Part shown: in pieces, positions 26,714 through 39,709 of the stretch
How positions within the stretch are numbered: position 1 is the first letter of the stretch
Layout: the number at the start of each line of letters is the position of its first letter
Source of the DNA: Octopus vulgaris
Lineage: Eukaryota
DNA length: 64,000 nucleotides
Assembly: GCA_951406725.2 (NCBI GenBank)
Contig: OX597816.1
Span: 76,198,001-76,262,000, forward strand
Direction of reading: 5' to 3'
Program-made: the position numbers and the translations under genes
The notes under the pieces: model-generated
Databases searched by the model: none
What the model saw: only the letters and a program-made list of their open reading frames with translations
What the model was told of the DNA's origin: nothing

Positions 26714-27179
26714 ATAGTGTAGAAAGGATTATTATTAACCGCGAACATACACACACGCGCTCACAGATACACATATAGAAATATATACTGAAAAATCAGT
26801 AGGTACATATTCTTCTCTGAGTAATATTTTCTCCGTTATCAATAAAAGTGCAGACGTTACTTTCACATAGAATAGTAAACATATACAAGGGTTTAACAGT
26901 TGTCAAAACGGTGAATTATTATTGCAGACACAATATGACATTTTAAAGTCTCAAATACTCATCTCAGTTGAAATTAACTTAATGGCTGTAGCAATTTCCT
27001 CCTAAAAAGGAAATATGACGAAGAAAGAAAGATGGACATAATTTAAATATTGTCAGTTTCTAGAGACACTTAATGAAGACATAATAAAAATTTATTACAA
27101 ACTCTGGAACTTATCCAGGTGTGAATGCAATAAAGAACAACAGAAACGTAATGAAGAAGGAACTTATACTATCTGTCCA

Positions 27180-27330
27180 GCATCTGACAACAACGATAAA
27201 ATTGTAATTTGCAAGAGCGATAGCAGCAATTTGTTTGTTGTTAGAAACAAAGGTGATACGTTACAAAACTCAACAGCTATGCGATAACAGGAAAATCATA
27301 AATATTTAAGATACAACACCGCAGTACTAA
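27180..27330 (+). pseudogene. Degenerate Penelope RT N-terminal fragment
   Basis: DNNDKIVICKSDSSNLFVVRNKGD resembles the PLE motif DIVIxKADKGNxxVxMxxxDY; a partial hammerhead-like CUGAUGA-GUUCAU/AUGAAC lies at 27561-27591. Confidence 0.45.
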
Positions 27331-27607
27331 AATCTAAATTCAGTAAATTATTCACATCTGTAAATGCTCAAAAGGGTTGACATTCCTTTCCAATGCACAG
27401 AGGGGAAGACTAAATATATGTCTCTATAGCACTGTAAAGATACAGAGGCAAACTAACCCTTCTTGACATATAATCTTCTAAATAAAAACTCCAACTTGAA
27501 ACAACGCTCAACAACTTGATAGCATCATAAAGTAATAGCACGATATAAAATATGCACATTCTGATGAGTTCATTGAACCTTTAATATGAACACACTAAGT
27601 TGGCAGG

Positions 27608-27727
27608 CGCCTTTGACATTCATCCTTTCGGGGTCGATACATTAAGTACCGGTTGCGTACTGGAGTCGATCTAGTCGACTGGCCCCTTCCCCCAAAAGTC
27701 GAGCCTTATGCCTAGAGTAGAAGAGAA
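27608..27727 (+). mobile_element. SINE-D 3' half
   Basis: CATCCTTTCGGGGTCGAT...GCCTAGAGTAGAA. Confidence 0.8.
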
Positions 27728-29486
27728 AATTTACACCGAGGGTGTGGAAAATATTTCAGCCAATGTTCTTGTAGCAGAAAGGTTAAACATAATATTTGGT
27801 TGGGCATGTATGTTTTCATTTACATATGTATATGCGTACGTACGAACGTATGTATGTATACATGCTTACACGCACACACACACACACACACGCACACACA
27901 CACACACACACACGCACACACACACACACACTGAAACATAAAGGCCAAGTGCTCTCGACTCAGGTGAGGACACTAATCTGGAGCGGGGATATAGCTTTAT
28001 ACCTAGGTATCCTGGATTGCATAAAAAAAGGACCACATGTCTGATTAGCATAAACTTTTCTCTCTCCAGAACTAGTATAACGGTCTCTCCTCACTGAAAG
28101 CTGGATGGAATGGCGTTACATCCGGTGAAGCATTCGCGAACCACTCGTATCTCCTTCTCTCATCACTTTCATTATGTCCAGCTTCCCAGAGTCAACAATA
28201 ATCGTGAATACATTTGTTTTTATTCCAGGATGTAAGCGTTCTGAGATTCCCTTCTGGTTCATGACTTTTTGGCTTTTGTTCAACAATACGGTTAGCATAA
28301 TTTTTAATATGTTCTTTTAAGCTGATCTCAGTAAATTCAGCTGTTATCCAGCGTATTGACCTGAGGCTCTTAAGCTCATTTCATCGAAATAATAATGTCA
28401 AACTTAATTCAGATTTAATCTCATTTAAATTATATGTCTATTATTTTCAACGATATTTGTATTTAATATTATTTTTATTTATTATACTCAAGCTGGGCGT
28501 TAAGATAATTGATTCATATAAGAACAAATATTGCTAATCTAGAGTTTGTAGTTGGTTAAATATAAAAGCTTTATCATGTAAAATTCTAAAAGATTTTTGG
28601 AAGTTTTCTATATAAATAAATGGGGAAATTACATTGTTTATTGAAGTGTTGTTGCTCTACGCCGTATCACTTGCATTTTATGCACATATGGTAATGTTTT
28701 CATATGATATGAACCCTTTCATGTATGAAGTATATTTACTCTGCTTAATTACACTAACACTACGTACTTAGGGAAATATAATTTAAATGGAATATTTTTT
28801 TTAACAAAATATTTCTGGCCATCTTTTCTTTTAAGAAAGTATTTTCAAATTAAAACAGATTTTCTTTAATGTTTATGTTACTAAAATGATCTCCACTTAA
28901 ATTGTTTTAAATGTTAGAGCCATTATTCCAAAATATCTTAGTTTTCCCTCTGCAATGAAAATTTCTTCAAGTTTTCAACAATAATATCGCTATTAAACAT
29001 TACGGTTTTTTGCAAAATTTTAGGGACAACGTAGCCATAAATTTAGAAGCCATTAGTATACTCCTCATACATATAGCATATATTAAACTTTACCCATAAA
29101 TTCTGTTCATCATTTATTGTTTTCTGCATATCATTCCATTATACACCCTTTTCCGACTTTACATTTTCCGTCACACTTTACACGACGCGCCTGTGAAAAT
29201 TAATTTTTATGATGATTTGGTGAACAAAAAAACAAAAAACAAAACAAAACAAAAAAAGACAAAGCTTCATTTTACTAAAGAAGTCTTGTTAAGTGAGCTG
29301 TTCACAAGTAGATGAAAATTTATAAGATGGAGAAACGTTTTTACTGTTATATTTTCCATTTCTTAATATGTACGGGTGTGTACAAACACATAAACGCAAG
29401 TATATGATTGTATGCTTGGGAATAGATAATTATGGCATGTATACATGGAATAGCAGGTATACATACATGTATGTATGTACGTAGGT

Positions 29487-29522
<36 letters not shown>

Positions 29523-29611
29523 TATGATGGTATGATATGTATATATATATATGTTATGGTATGCATACATACATGTATGTATGTTCGTTTGAGTTGGCGA
29601 AGATACTCGTG

Positions 29612-29673
<62 letters not shown>

Positions 29674-29679
29674 ACACAC

Positions 29680-29800
29680 ACAACGGATTTCTTTCAGTTT
29701 CCGTCTACGAAATCCACTCACAAAATTTTGGTCGGTCTGAGGATACTTGTGGCATGTCGTTGACATGCAAACTTCTTACCACAAAACTACACTTGCGCCT
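29680..29800 (-). mobile_element. SINE family C head, internally deleted
   Basis: TTCTTTCAGTTTCCGTCTAC...CTTACCAC...TGCGCCT. Confidence 0.75.
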
Positions 29801-29899
29801 ACATTATATATGTATAGAGTTCTGCTTGTGTGCCGCGAGTATATGTGCATAAATATATGTGAGTGCTTAATAAACATACATACATACATATTTATATAA

Positions 29900-29952
<53 letters not shown>

Positions 29953-30400
29953 TATAGATGTATATATATTGTTCCCCGTCCTGCGTTGCTGTGTTTTTTC
30001 TCTTCTTTTTTTCTGTGTTTTCTTGTTTGGATTAACTTTATATATATATATAATATGTAAAAAAAAATTCAAAAAATGACAAGAACTCAAAACATTTAGA
30101 AGACCATACAAAAAACACGGACGGGACATTCGAAGTCTTCAATCTTCAGTCAAGAACCGGATCATCCTCGCAATTTCGGCTGATTAATCTTGAGATTGCT
30201 CCAATCTGGCCAGCCCTAAGGAAAATCTAAGCTAAGCGCATTAGATTATTTGGAAGAATGCTTCGAATGTATACAAAACAAAGACGGAAAAACGGACTAT
30301 GTTACACGAATATGAATACAAAAATACGTAAAAACAATAATGATAATAATAATAACAAAAACAGGACGTCACAAACAGGCGTCTTTCGACAAGACGAGTA

Positions 30401-30491
<91 letters not shown>

Positions 30492-31661
30492 TGTCTCTGT
30501 GTGTATGCACAGTATGATTGAACCCGGTACTATGTGTTTGGGATACTTACCACACAGCCACACCTACCAGATTGGTGTTTTAGCGATCTGACAAGAGTAA
30601 TGATATACAGAACTGTACGACATGTGATATAGAGTACATGTCATGAACTACTAACCTCGAGAAGGAAATAACCGTAATCTTTATTTCAAACAGTAAGCTT
30701 ACATCCCATCACATTTTATGAAATTCCACACAAATATATGATATTTAACACACACACACACACAGGAGCATACACTCAACCACACATGTGCCAGCACTTT
30801 GATGTTCTTTATTATCTCTATGACCTCGAAAAATTCAATAGTATTTTTCCCTTTCCCTCTTCCTGCTTACTTCCAATCGCTGACCTTCAACCTTTTATCT
30901 CTGAATTTCTAATTTTACTCTTTCCTTGAAATAGCAGCATACCAAATAGAATCGTATAGTAAACGGGTCTTGGTCGGTTTCTATAATGACTATTTAGTTC
31001 TTTGATGAATTAAACTTACAGCTCATTAAATTATCGTGCAAGTGGCTGAGTATTCCACAGACTTGTACACCCGTATATCAGTGTGATGCAACCTAGAAAG
31101 GCTAGGCTTGAAATGAAAATACAGTCCATCCGACGCAGTTGTACAATTTCCATTTGCCCTGTTTCTATCCACGCCGTTTCACTGGAGACGCCTGGAACAA
31201 TCTGAGTGTAAGGTGAATGATATTTACTGAAGATACCATGCACTGGGATCGAATCAAGAATATTGTTATTTCGAAACGAACTTTTTAACCATTCCAGTTT
31301 CTAAACCCAGATTATAAACTAACATTTATAACAATAATAATTGGTGTGCTTGGCTTTTTGAGTAAATACACAAGTGACAATTTGGATAAATTAGGGTTTT
31401 CAAAAAAAGAAGTCAACTAAGGAATTTACACTTCACAAATACAATCTGTAAGTGGAACAATATAAACATGGAAGACTGAAATGTGACATTGGTTTTGTTA
31501 TCCATATTCCAAAGAGGGAGCTTTGTATCTTTATTAGAAACCAGCTTCTTCCTCAAAAGAAGAATTTAAATAATTAAAAACAGAAGAGAATATATATGTA
31601 TATATTACATACACACAAACACATACATATATGCATGAATACATAATACATAGATACGTAC

Positions 31662-31730
<69 letters not shown>

Positions 31731-31915
31731 CATATATATATACATATATATATATACGTATATATGTAATTTTCGGACTAATGAGTATATGGCAATTAGT
31801 GTGTTTGATGTGTTTTGTAAAGTACTAGCTCAGTTTGGGCTATCCACAATTGGTGTCATCCACAATTGGGGTATATTTCCGACTTCAGAAATTGCGCAGT
31901 GCTAGTTGAGGTAAT

Positions 31916-32053
31916 AATCGATTAAGGAAAGCAGAAGATGGATTTGGTATTAGTCTTTACTCCGTATGACAATTGTTGACGGTCGTAGGATGGGCCGAAA
32001 CGATCGTCGTACGGATTAATACCAAATCTACCTCCTGTTTTCCTTAATCGATT
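31916..32053 (+). mobile_element. Fold-back pLTR remnant with the 3' half of a hammerhead
   Basis: 31916-31977 inverted with 31999-32053; centre GAc-GGUC guaggaug GGCC-GAA-ACGAUCGU-C; followed by (TA)n. Confidence 0.65.
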
Positions 32054-32064
32054 GTGTGTATATA

Positions 32065-32153
<89 letters not shown>

Positions 32154-32158
<5 letters not shown>

Positions 32159-32276
32159 ATCCAAACATGAAAACACAAAGAGAAAACACAACAACGCGAG
32201 GACGTGGAACAAGTATAGTGTTATTGGATGCTCAGGAAAGAAGGGAAGACGGTTCACACGCGGTCACATTTCGAAC
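32154..32276 (-). mobile_element. Short repeat end adjoining (TA)n, also at 29968-30037 (+); probable PLE terminus
   Basis: Shared TTGTTCC.CGTCCT.GCGTTG.TGTGTTTT...TGTTTGGATTAAC followed by TA repeats. Confidence 0.55.
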
Positions 32277-32915
32277 TTATATGTATATATAAATGAACAG
32301 GAGGCAAACAGAAGGTCTGTAATTCTTCATCAGTTATCGACCGTTCGGTTTTACTTTCAGTACACGTTACGTCGTTTTTGTACACATTTTTTGATTTATC
32401 AAGTAAAGGAATGCAACACACCGAATTTATATATATATATATATATATATATAAACAAGTCAAATTGCGATAAAATAAATTATTATCGCTGGTATATTCT
32501 ATATATATATATATATGTATGTATTATGTGTTGAAAATTTTATTTATACCAATTCTAACCCTTATTTCAACCACCATTTTTAATATTCTGTTAAACATTT
32601 TAAACTCAACAATTTAAACTAATGATGAAATTACTAAATACACATATAACCACACATATATGCACACCGATACATATACGCAACATGTAGGCACTCGCGC
32701 GCGCAAGCACAAGCCTTTGCATTACCCTAGGACGTACTAGTAGTCATGAAACAGAATTATAGAATTCATTCAATAAATACTTCAAGAAACTTTAAGTTCC
32801 AAATTTTTTATTCAAAATCACTACAAAAGTGTAAACTAAGCAAAATACAAAAACTAAGCACACATTAAAGCAAACCCGTTCACAAACGCTTTCACGTTCA
32901 TACACAAAACCTGTT

Positions 32916-32948
<33 letters not shown>

Positions 32949-33573
32949 CCGTTTAGAGAAATATAAACATACACAAACATACGGACATATTTACATTTAA
33001 AAATCTCAAACAAATACAAATACACTTATAAATTTTTTATAGAAATATATTGAATATATTTTAAATATATCTTAAGAAACATAAAACTAAAATCTTTATT
33101 TAATTCACTATAATAAATTTGCCTTGTATTTTTCGAACCCACACAAATACATAACTTAATACTCTGTCACACAAACACACGAGCTTACGACAGATTAAGC
33201 AAAAAATATACTCAGCCACGAATGCGAGGCGGATAGTACACAAGTGAACAAATGCGCATGCGCAGAAATAATCGTATATGAAAGTAAATTTTAAACAAAC
33301 CCCCGCCAAGGCAACACCAAAGTCCTCTCAACGATTAGGCAGAAATGATTTTTAAAATGAGAATATCTGAAATAAATTCAGATATAAAGCCCTTCACTCC
33401 AACATTTGAGCTGTTATAAAGGTAGCATGTTATGCGTCCAGTGAGAAGTCCCGATCTCATTGTTAACATAAGCTAGGCTTCCTACTCTACTCTTGAAAAG
33501 TGATACTTAGCTTATTTTGGCGATGGGAGCGACATATTACATCATGCACATAGTTACATATGGATATGATTAT

Positions 33574-33611
<38 letters not shown>

Positions 33612-34169
33612 CAAATATTAATTAATATTATATACAAAAATATATATATATATATATATATGTACACAAAAGAAAACAGAATATGCAGATACAATTAATG
33701 GATAACAGTTGATCTACGTCAGTTATTGTTTACTAATTAATTACAAAAAGACAGAATCTCGACTTACATCTGTTTTTGTTAGCATGATTCTCAGTTCTAA
33801 CCGCCACAATAATAGTAATGACAGTTATCATTGTAGGTAATTAGTTATACCAAACTGAATCACGAACATTCATCATAGCGGAAAAGTAGGTAAAATAAGA
33901 GTAAAACGAAAGAAGAAAAAGGGGAAAGTGAGAATTTGGATAATCAATTGGAGCTACATGCTGACCCACTGCAAAACTTTCGTCCGACTGGAATTTAGAA
34001 ATACAATAAAGGGCAGTTATAATATTAACCGGTGCATTCCTATACACCGCGGGGAAAGCGTGGAATAGATGTATAGAAAATGAGCAATTAATTAATGTCG
34101 AAAAATAAAGTGAAAAGTAAGGACGATAATAGAAATACCGGTAGTTATAGAATTCTGTTCTTTCGCCAC

Positions 34170-34612
34170 TGGAAAACAGCTTTTCCAGCTAGTTACCGAC
34201 ACACAGCCTGTGTCCGTATAACATGAGCAAGGAAGTTTATCGCTTCCATCTCTAGCCTTTGTGATACTCACAAACCTAGGTTTCGGGGTTGCTTCCTGTC
34301 TTCGGTGTGAGATAATCACAGGCTAGTGATGGGGGCTTATAAGACTTGCTCACACTATATACGTTTTAAGCGACACACAGTTGCTGATCTCGTAAAGAGA
34401 AAAACAAATACATTTAAATCTTAGTACCGAATAGTAAAGTTTATTTGCCAACAGAATGTGGCAGTCCTAAAAAGGACGATGTTACTGCTTTGTAGCCCCA
34501 GCACAACATCTTTTCCAGCTGGCTATCGACACACAGTTTGTGTCCTTATAGCATGAGCAAAGGAATGTATCGCTCCTATCTCTAGCCTTCGTGATACTCC
34601 CAGACCTAAGTT
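34170..34612 (-). mobile_element. Hammerhead-bearing partial tandem repeat, 330-bp period
   Basis: 34181-34282 is repeated at 34511-34612; related to 1077-1290. Confidence 0.75.
34267..34311 (-). ncRNA. Minimal hammerhead ribozyme
   Basis: Minus strand CUCACA-CCGAAGA-cagg aagcaa cccc-GAA-ACCUAGGU-U-UGUGAG; stem I extended by CUAGCC.UGUGAU/AUCACA..GGCUAG (34251-34325). Confidence 0.8.
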
Positions 34613-34683
34613 ATATATTTACACGTATTCATACATATTTCTATATAGGTATATAAATATATACATATATGTAAATATGTGTA

Positions 34684-34685
<2 letters not shown>

Positions 34686-34782
<97 letters not shown>
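34686..34782. repeat. (TATC)n microsatellite directly upstream of the LINE
   Basis: Direct inspection. Confidence 0.95.
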
Positions 34783-37600
34783 ATATATGTCCATGATTCA
34801 TTCTCAACAGAAGCTATGAAAATATTTTCCAATGGATACTGCGAAGCAGTCGCTGTATTCAGTCAAACCAACAACTTAACAGTAGTTGGGCTCTACAGAC
34901 CACCCCAAACGCCCCTACCATGCTTCAAGGAATGCCTCAACAGCATAAAGTGTTTCATTCAGCAGTGTCAACCTGACAACATTTTAATGATGGGAGACTT
35001 CAACCTTCCCGGGGTTGACTGGTCTACAAACAGTCTGCCGCCAGGTTCTTCTCTCTCAACCCCTGACAGGGAGGCAGTGGAATCGCTTCTTGACTTCATG
35101 GATGACTTCTTCTTGTCCCAACTGGTACTCGAACCAACGAGATGTCACAAAAACGTCTTAGACTTAATTTTCAGCAATCACACTGATACTATCCACAATA
35201 TTGCAGTGGAGAAAACCCTACTCTCCGACCATGACATGGTTCTCTGTGATCTGAGATTTCACTGGCCAAAATGCAAAACAAATGTCATCCCTCCTGTTCA
35301 TCCATTTGACACTATGGATTTCCACAATGCAAACTGGGAAGCGATCAATAATGATCTTGCACAAGTCGATTGGTCCTTCACGCATACATACACACCCACT
35401 AACATCAAAAAGTCCTGGCAGTCACTTGTAGACACCATCACGAACATATGTGCAAGACACACCCCATTAAGTTCTGCAAACAAATCTAAGTGTCGAATCC
35501 CTAGAAATAGAAAATCTCTCATAAGGAAAATTAAAAGAATCGACAAAAAGATCAACGTGCTGAAATACTGTCAACAGCAACACACCAACCTGACTGCCAT
35601 CTCGTCGCTAGAGATTAAAAAACATAAACTCCAAAACAACATGATGTCTATCATCAATAGTCAGCGAAGAGCTGAAGAGGCCTGGGCCATTGAGAAGATC
35701 AAACTCAATCCCAAAGTGTTCTTTTCATTTGCAAAAAAACACAGAGTCACTGGTTCTACTGTTGGCCCTCTGATTGATGAAAATGGTACTCTTCAAGACA
35801 ATGCCAAAACCATGGGAGAGATATTGCAGAAACAATATTGCTCTGTTTTCAGCAATCCTGATATGACTGATCTGGGCTGTATCAGTGATGTTACTCCCCA
35901 ATACACTTTATCGGACATAACATTTGGCGCTCCTGATGTCTTAGCAGCAATAAAGGAAATGAAGCATAATTCAGCAGTAGGTCCCGATAGGTTCCCTGCT
36001 TGTGTCTTGAAGATGTGTCAAAACCAACTTGCACCCCATCTAGCCAATCTGTGGCGGAACTCACTGGATGCTGGATATATACCAGAAGACCTTCTATCCC
36101 AGTCTGTTGTCCCAGTTTTCAAAAAAGGAAACAAATCGCTTGCCGTGAATTACCGTCCAATCTCACTCACCTCTCATATCATCAAGGTATTTGAGAGGGT
36201 GCTGAGATCGCATATGACTCACTTCCTTGAGAGTCATAATATGCTGAACCCCAACCAGCATGGATTCCGTAATGGGAGAGATTGCCTGACGTAGCTACTG
36301 CATCATTTTGATGACATTTTGAGAGCCTTGGGAGAAGGTTCCAACACTGATATCATCTACCTTGATTTCAGCAAGGCCTTTGACAGGGTTGATCATAAGA
36401 TCCTTCTGAGAAAGCTGTCCAATATTGGTGTCACTGGAAAGCTGCTGCAGTGGATCAAGTGCTTCCTGTCTAACAGAACCCAACATGTTGTAGTCGAAGG
36501 AGTCAAATCCAGCCCAGCCAAAGTCAGCAGTGGTGTCCCACAAGGCACTGTGTTGGGCCCACTTCTCTTCATCATCTACATAAATGATATTACTGACACC
36601 ATCAAACACAGTAACATCAGAACCTTCGCTGATGATTCCAAGCTCCAGAAGGTCATCAATGGCGTGGATGACCGAATAAACCTTCAGTCAGACCTACTGG
36701 CTGTTGTCCAATGGGCGGAAAAGAATAACATGTTGCTAAATGAAGACAAATTCGAACTGATCCACTTTGGAAGGGAGAACGCTCTGAAACTCCCATACTC
36801 TCTTCCTTCTGGAGAAATTCTCATGGCATCCAACAACATCGGAGACCTGGGAGTAACAGTGGACAACAACATAAGCTGGGCTACACATAGAAGCAGCAAA
36901 GTTGACATAGCCCGCAGAATGTGTTCCTGGATTCTCAGAACCTTCCAGTCGAGAGATTCCCACGCTATTATCCTTCTCTTCTCCACTTTTGCCCGACCCC
37001 ACCTTGAATACTGCTGTCCACTGTGGTCTCCCTACACAAAACAAAATATTATGAGAATTGAAGCTCCCCAAAGGTCAATCACAAAAAAGATAGATGGCAT
37101 GTCAGACCTTGACTACTGGGGTAGACTAGAGAAGCTGAAATTGTATTCACTCCAACGACGCCGTGAACGCTACATTATCTGTATGATGTGGAAAATATTC
37201 CATCAGCACTGTCCGAATGATGTTGGCATCACCTTCAAAATGCATCCAAGGCTTGGACCACGTGCCATCCGTCCACAACAAAAATCTAAATCGCATCACA
37301 TAACGACAATACGGCACAACTATTTCACCTCAATTGGACCCGCTCTCTTCAACATTACACCAGGACACGTCAAAAAAGAAACTGACCACACAAAATTCAA
37401 GAAGTCTTTGGACAAATTCCTTCAAACAGTACCGGACAAACCACCCACACCCGGATATGTCTCCGCAAACAATAACTCTCTGCTCGAATGGGCCTTGGTG
37501 CCCAAATCCTGAACTGAAAGACTTCGCCAGGTGGTGCTATTAAGTTAGACATGGCCTGGGCCAATACTGGCCAAAACCTTTCTAAGTTATTCTAAGTTAT
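34783..37600 (+). mobile_element. 5'-truncated CR1-type LINE
   Basis: APE motifs (IYV, GLYRPP, MGDFNLP, LDLIF, SDHD) and RT motifs; 3' UTR and (TCTAAGTTAT)2 tail. Confidence 0.95.
34816..37512 (+). pseudogene. LINE ORF2 (partial APE endonuclease plus reverse transcriptase) with one in-frame TAG at 36292-36294
   Basis: ORFs 34816-36294 and 36319-37512 share a frame; RDCLT*LLHH versus RDCLTQLLHH in the minus-strand copy (CAG to TAG); FADD catalytic motif intact. Confidence 0.93.
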
Positions 37601-37769
37601 GAGTTTATATAGGCGCAGGCGTGACTCTGTGGTAAGAAGCTTGCTTCACAACCACTTGCTTCTAGGTTCAGTCTCACTGCATGGCACCTCGGGCACGTGT
37701 CTATTACTATAGCTTCGGACCGACGAAAGTCTTGTGAGTGGATTTGCTAGTTGGAAATATAAGTCCATC

Positions 37770-37839
<70 letters not shown>

Positions 37840-37840
37840 C

Positions 37841-37875
<35 letters not shown>

Positions 37876-38629
37876 TATTTATTTATTTATATGTATATAT
37901 CTATGACTGTGTTTATCCCCCGCCTCCAACGCTTGACAACCAGTGTTGGTATCTTTATGTCCCTGTAACTTAGTGGTTCGCAATAGTGATTGATAGAATA
38001 AATACGTGTGTATGTGTATAAGAGATAGATAGGAAGTTTACAACTGATGAAGGGTTGTTCTCTGTGTATTTAACTCGTTTGTTGGCATCACCTTCAAAAT
38101 GCATCCAAGGCTTGGACCACGTGCCATCCGTCCACAACAAAAATCTAAATCGCATCACATAACGACAATACGGCACAACTATTTCACCTCAATTGGACCC
38201 GCTCTCTTCAACATTACACCAGGACACGTCAAAAAAGAAACTGACCACACAAAATTCAAGAAGTCTTTGGACAAATTCCTTCAAACAGTACCGGACAAAC
38301 CACCCACACCCGGATATGTCTCCGCAAACAATAACTCTCTGCTCGAATGGGCCTTGGTGCCCAAATCCTGAACTGAAAGACTTCGCCAGGTGGTGCTATT
38401 AAGTTAGACATGGCCTGGGCCAATACTGGCCAAAACCTTTCTAAGTTATTCTAAGTTATGAGTTTATATAGGCGCAGGCGTGACTCTGTGGTAAGAAGCT
38501 TGCTTCACAACCACTTGCTTCTAGGTTCAGTCTCACTGCATGGCACCTCGGGCACGTGTCTATTACTATAGCTTCGGACCGACGAAAGTCTTGTGAGTGG
38601 ATTTGCTAGTTGGAAATATAAGTCCATCG

Positions 38630-38704
<75 letters not shown>

Positions 38705-38705
38705 C

Positions 38706-38740
<35 letters not shown>

Positions 38741-38988
38741 TATTTATTTATTTATATGTATATATCTATGACTGTGTTTATCCCCCGCCTCCAACGCTTG
38801 ACAACCAGTGTTGGTATCTTTATGTCCCTGTAACTTAGTGGTTCGCAATAGTGATTGATAGAATAAATACGTGTGTATGTGTATAAGAGATAGATAGGAA
38901 GTTTACAACTGATGAAGGGTTGTTCTCTGTGTTACTTGACCTGTTTTCCATTTTTCCTCTCGTTGTTTCCGTATTTAACTCGTTTGTT
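37221..38988 (+). repeat. 859-bp tandem duplication (LINE 3' end, SINE-C and flank)
   Basis: 37221-38079 recurs from 38080; near-identical except for microsatellite length and 40 bp (38932-38971) absent from copy 1. Confidence 0.95.
37611..38002 (+). mobile_element. Diverged SINE family C (duplicated at 38470-38867)
   Basis: AGGCGCAGGCGTGACTCTGTGGTAAGAAGC head; CGCTTGACAACC...GATAGAATAA 3' part. Confidence 0.85.
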
Positions 38989-39045
38989 TTCTTACTTCAT
39001 GTTTTTTACACAGTTGGTGACATCCTGTACTCATATATGCATATA

Positions 39046-39118
<73 letters not shown>

Positions 39119-39119
39119 C

Positions 39120-39560
39120 GGGAGAATTCACGGAAAAAACAAAAGACGAAGACAGGTGGTGTAGAAAGCAAACAGATGTATTAGTATATCGCTCGGGAAT
39201 TGAAAAAGTATGTAATGGTTCGAGCCTACACTCTTCCACAGAAAGGAACACAGAAAGAAACAAGGAGAGAAACAAAGAGAGAAAACGCTCGGGATTTGAA
39301 AAGTCTTTAACGTTTCGAGCCTAAATTTTTCCACAGATATATATATATATATATCTATGGTTGGAATTTACAAAAATAGAAAAACAAAAAAAGGCGAACA
39401 CAGGTGTGTAAACTACAAACATGTGTATTAGTTTAACGCTTGGGAAGGTGAGAAATTATTTTACGTTTCGAGCCTACGCCCTTCAACAGAAAGAGACACA
39501 AGAAAATGAACACCGAAAGAATAAAAAAGAAAACACTCGAATACATTTGCATCAAATACC
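39120..39560 (-). mobile_element. Cluster of three PLE pseudo-LTR pieces with variant hammerheads (39219-39246, 39303-39322, 39457-39494)
   Basis: Minus strand CUGUGGAA-GAGU guag GCUC-GAA; GCUC-GAA-ACGU-U-AAAGA; UCUUU-CUGUUGAA-GGGC guag GCUC-GAA-ACGU-A-AAAUA. Confidence 0.75.
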
Positions 39561-39709
39561 ACACTACATAGTTTTGATATATTAAAACACTCTTCGCCTT
39601 CACAGTTACCAGATGGCAACATAAAACAACTTCACCTTTTGGAAAGGAAGATATTTCCATGCAAAAAATATTAACGACAAAGGCGTTATTCATACCGAAA
39701 GGTAATATT

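Noticed and set aside
38044-38070. CTGATGA motifs here, at 38909, 32326(-), 5534 and 41869
   Set aside because: No stem II-GAAA-stem III arrangement follows; 41869 lies in Dong coding sequence
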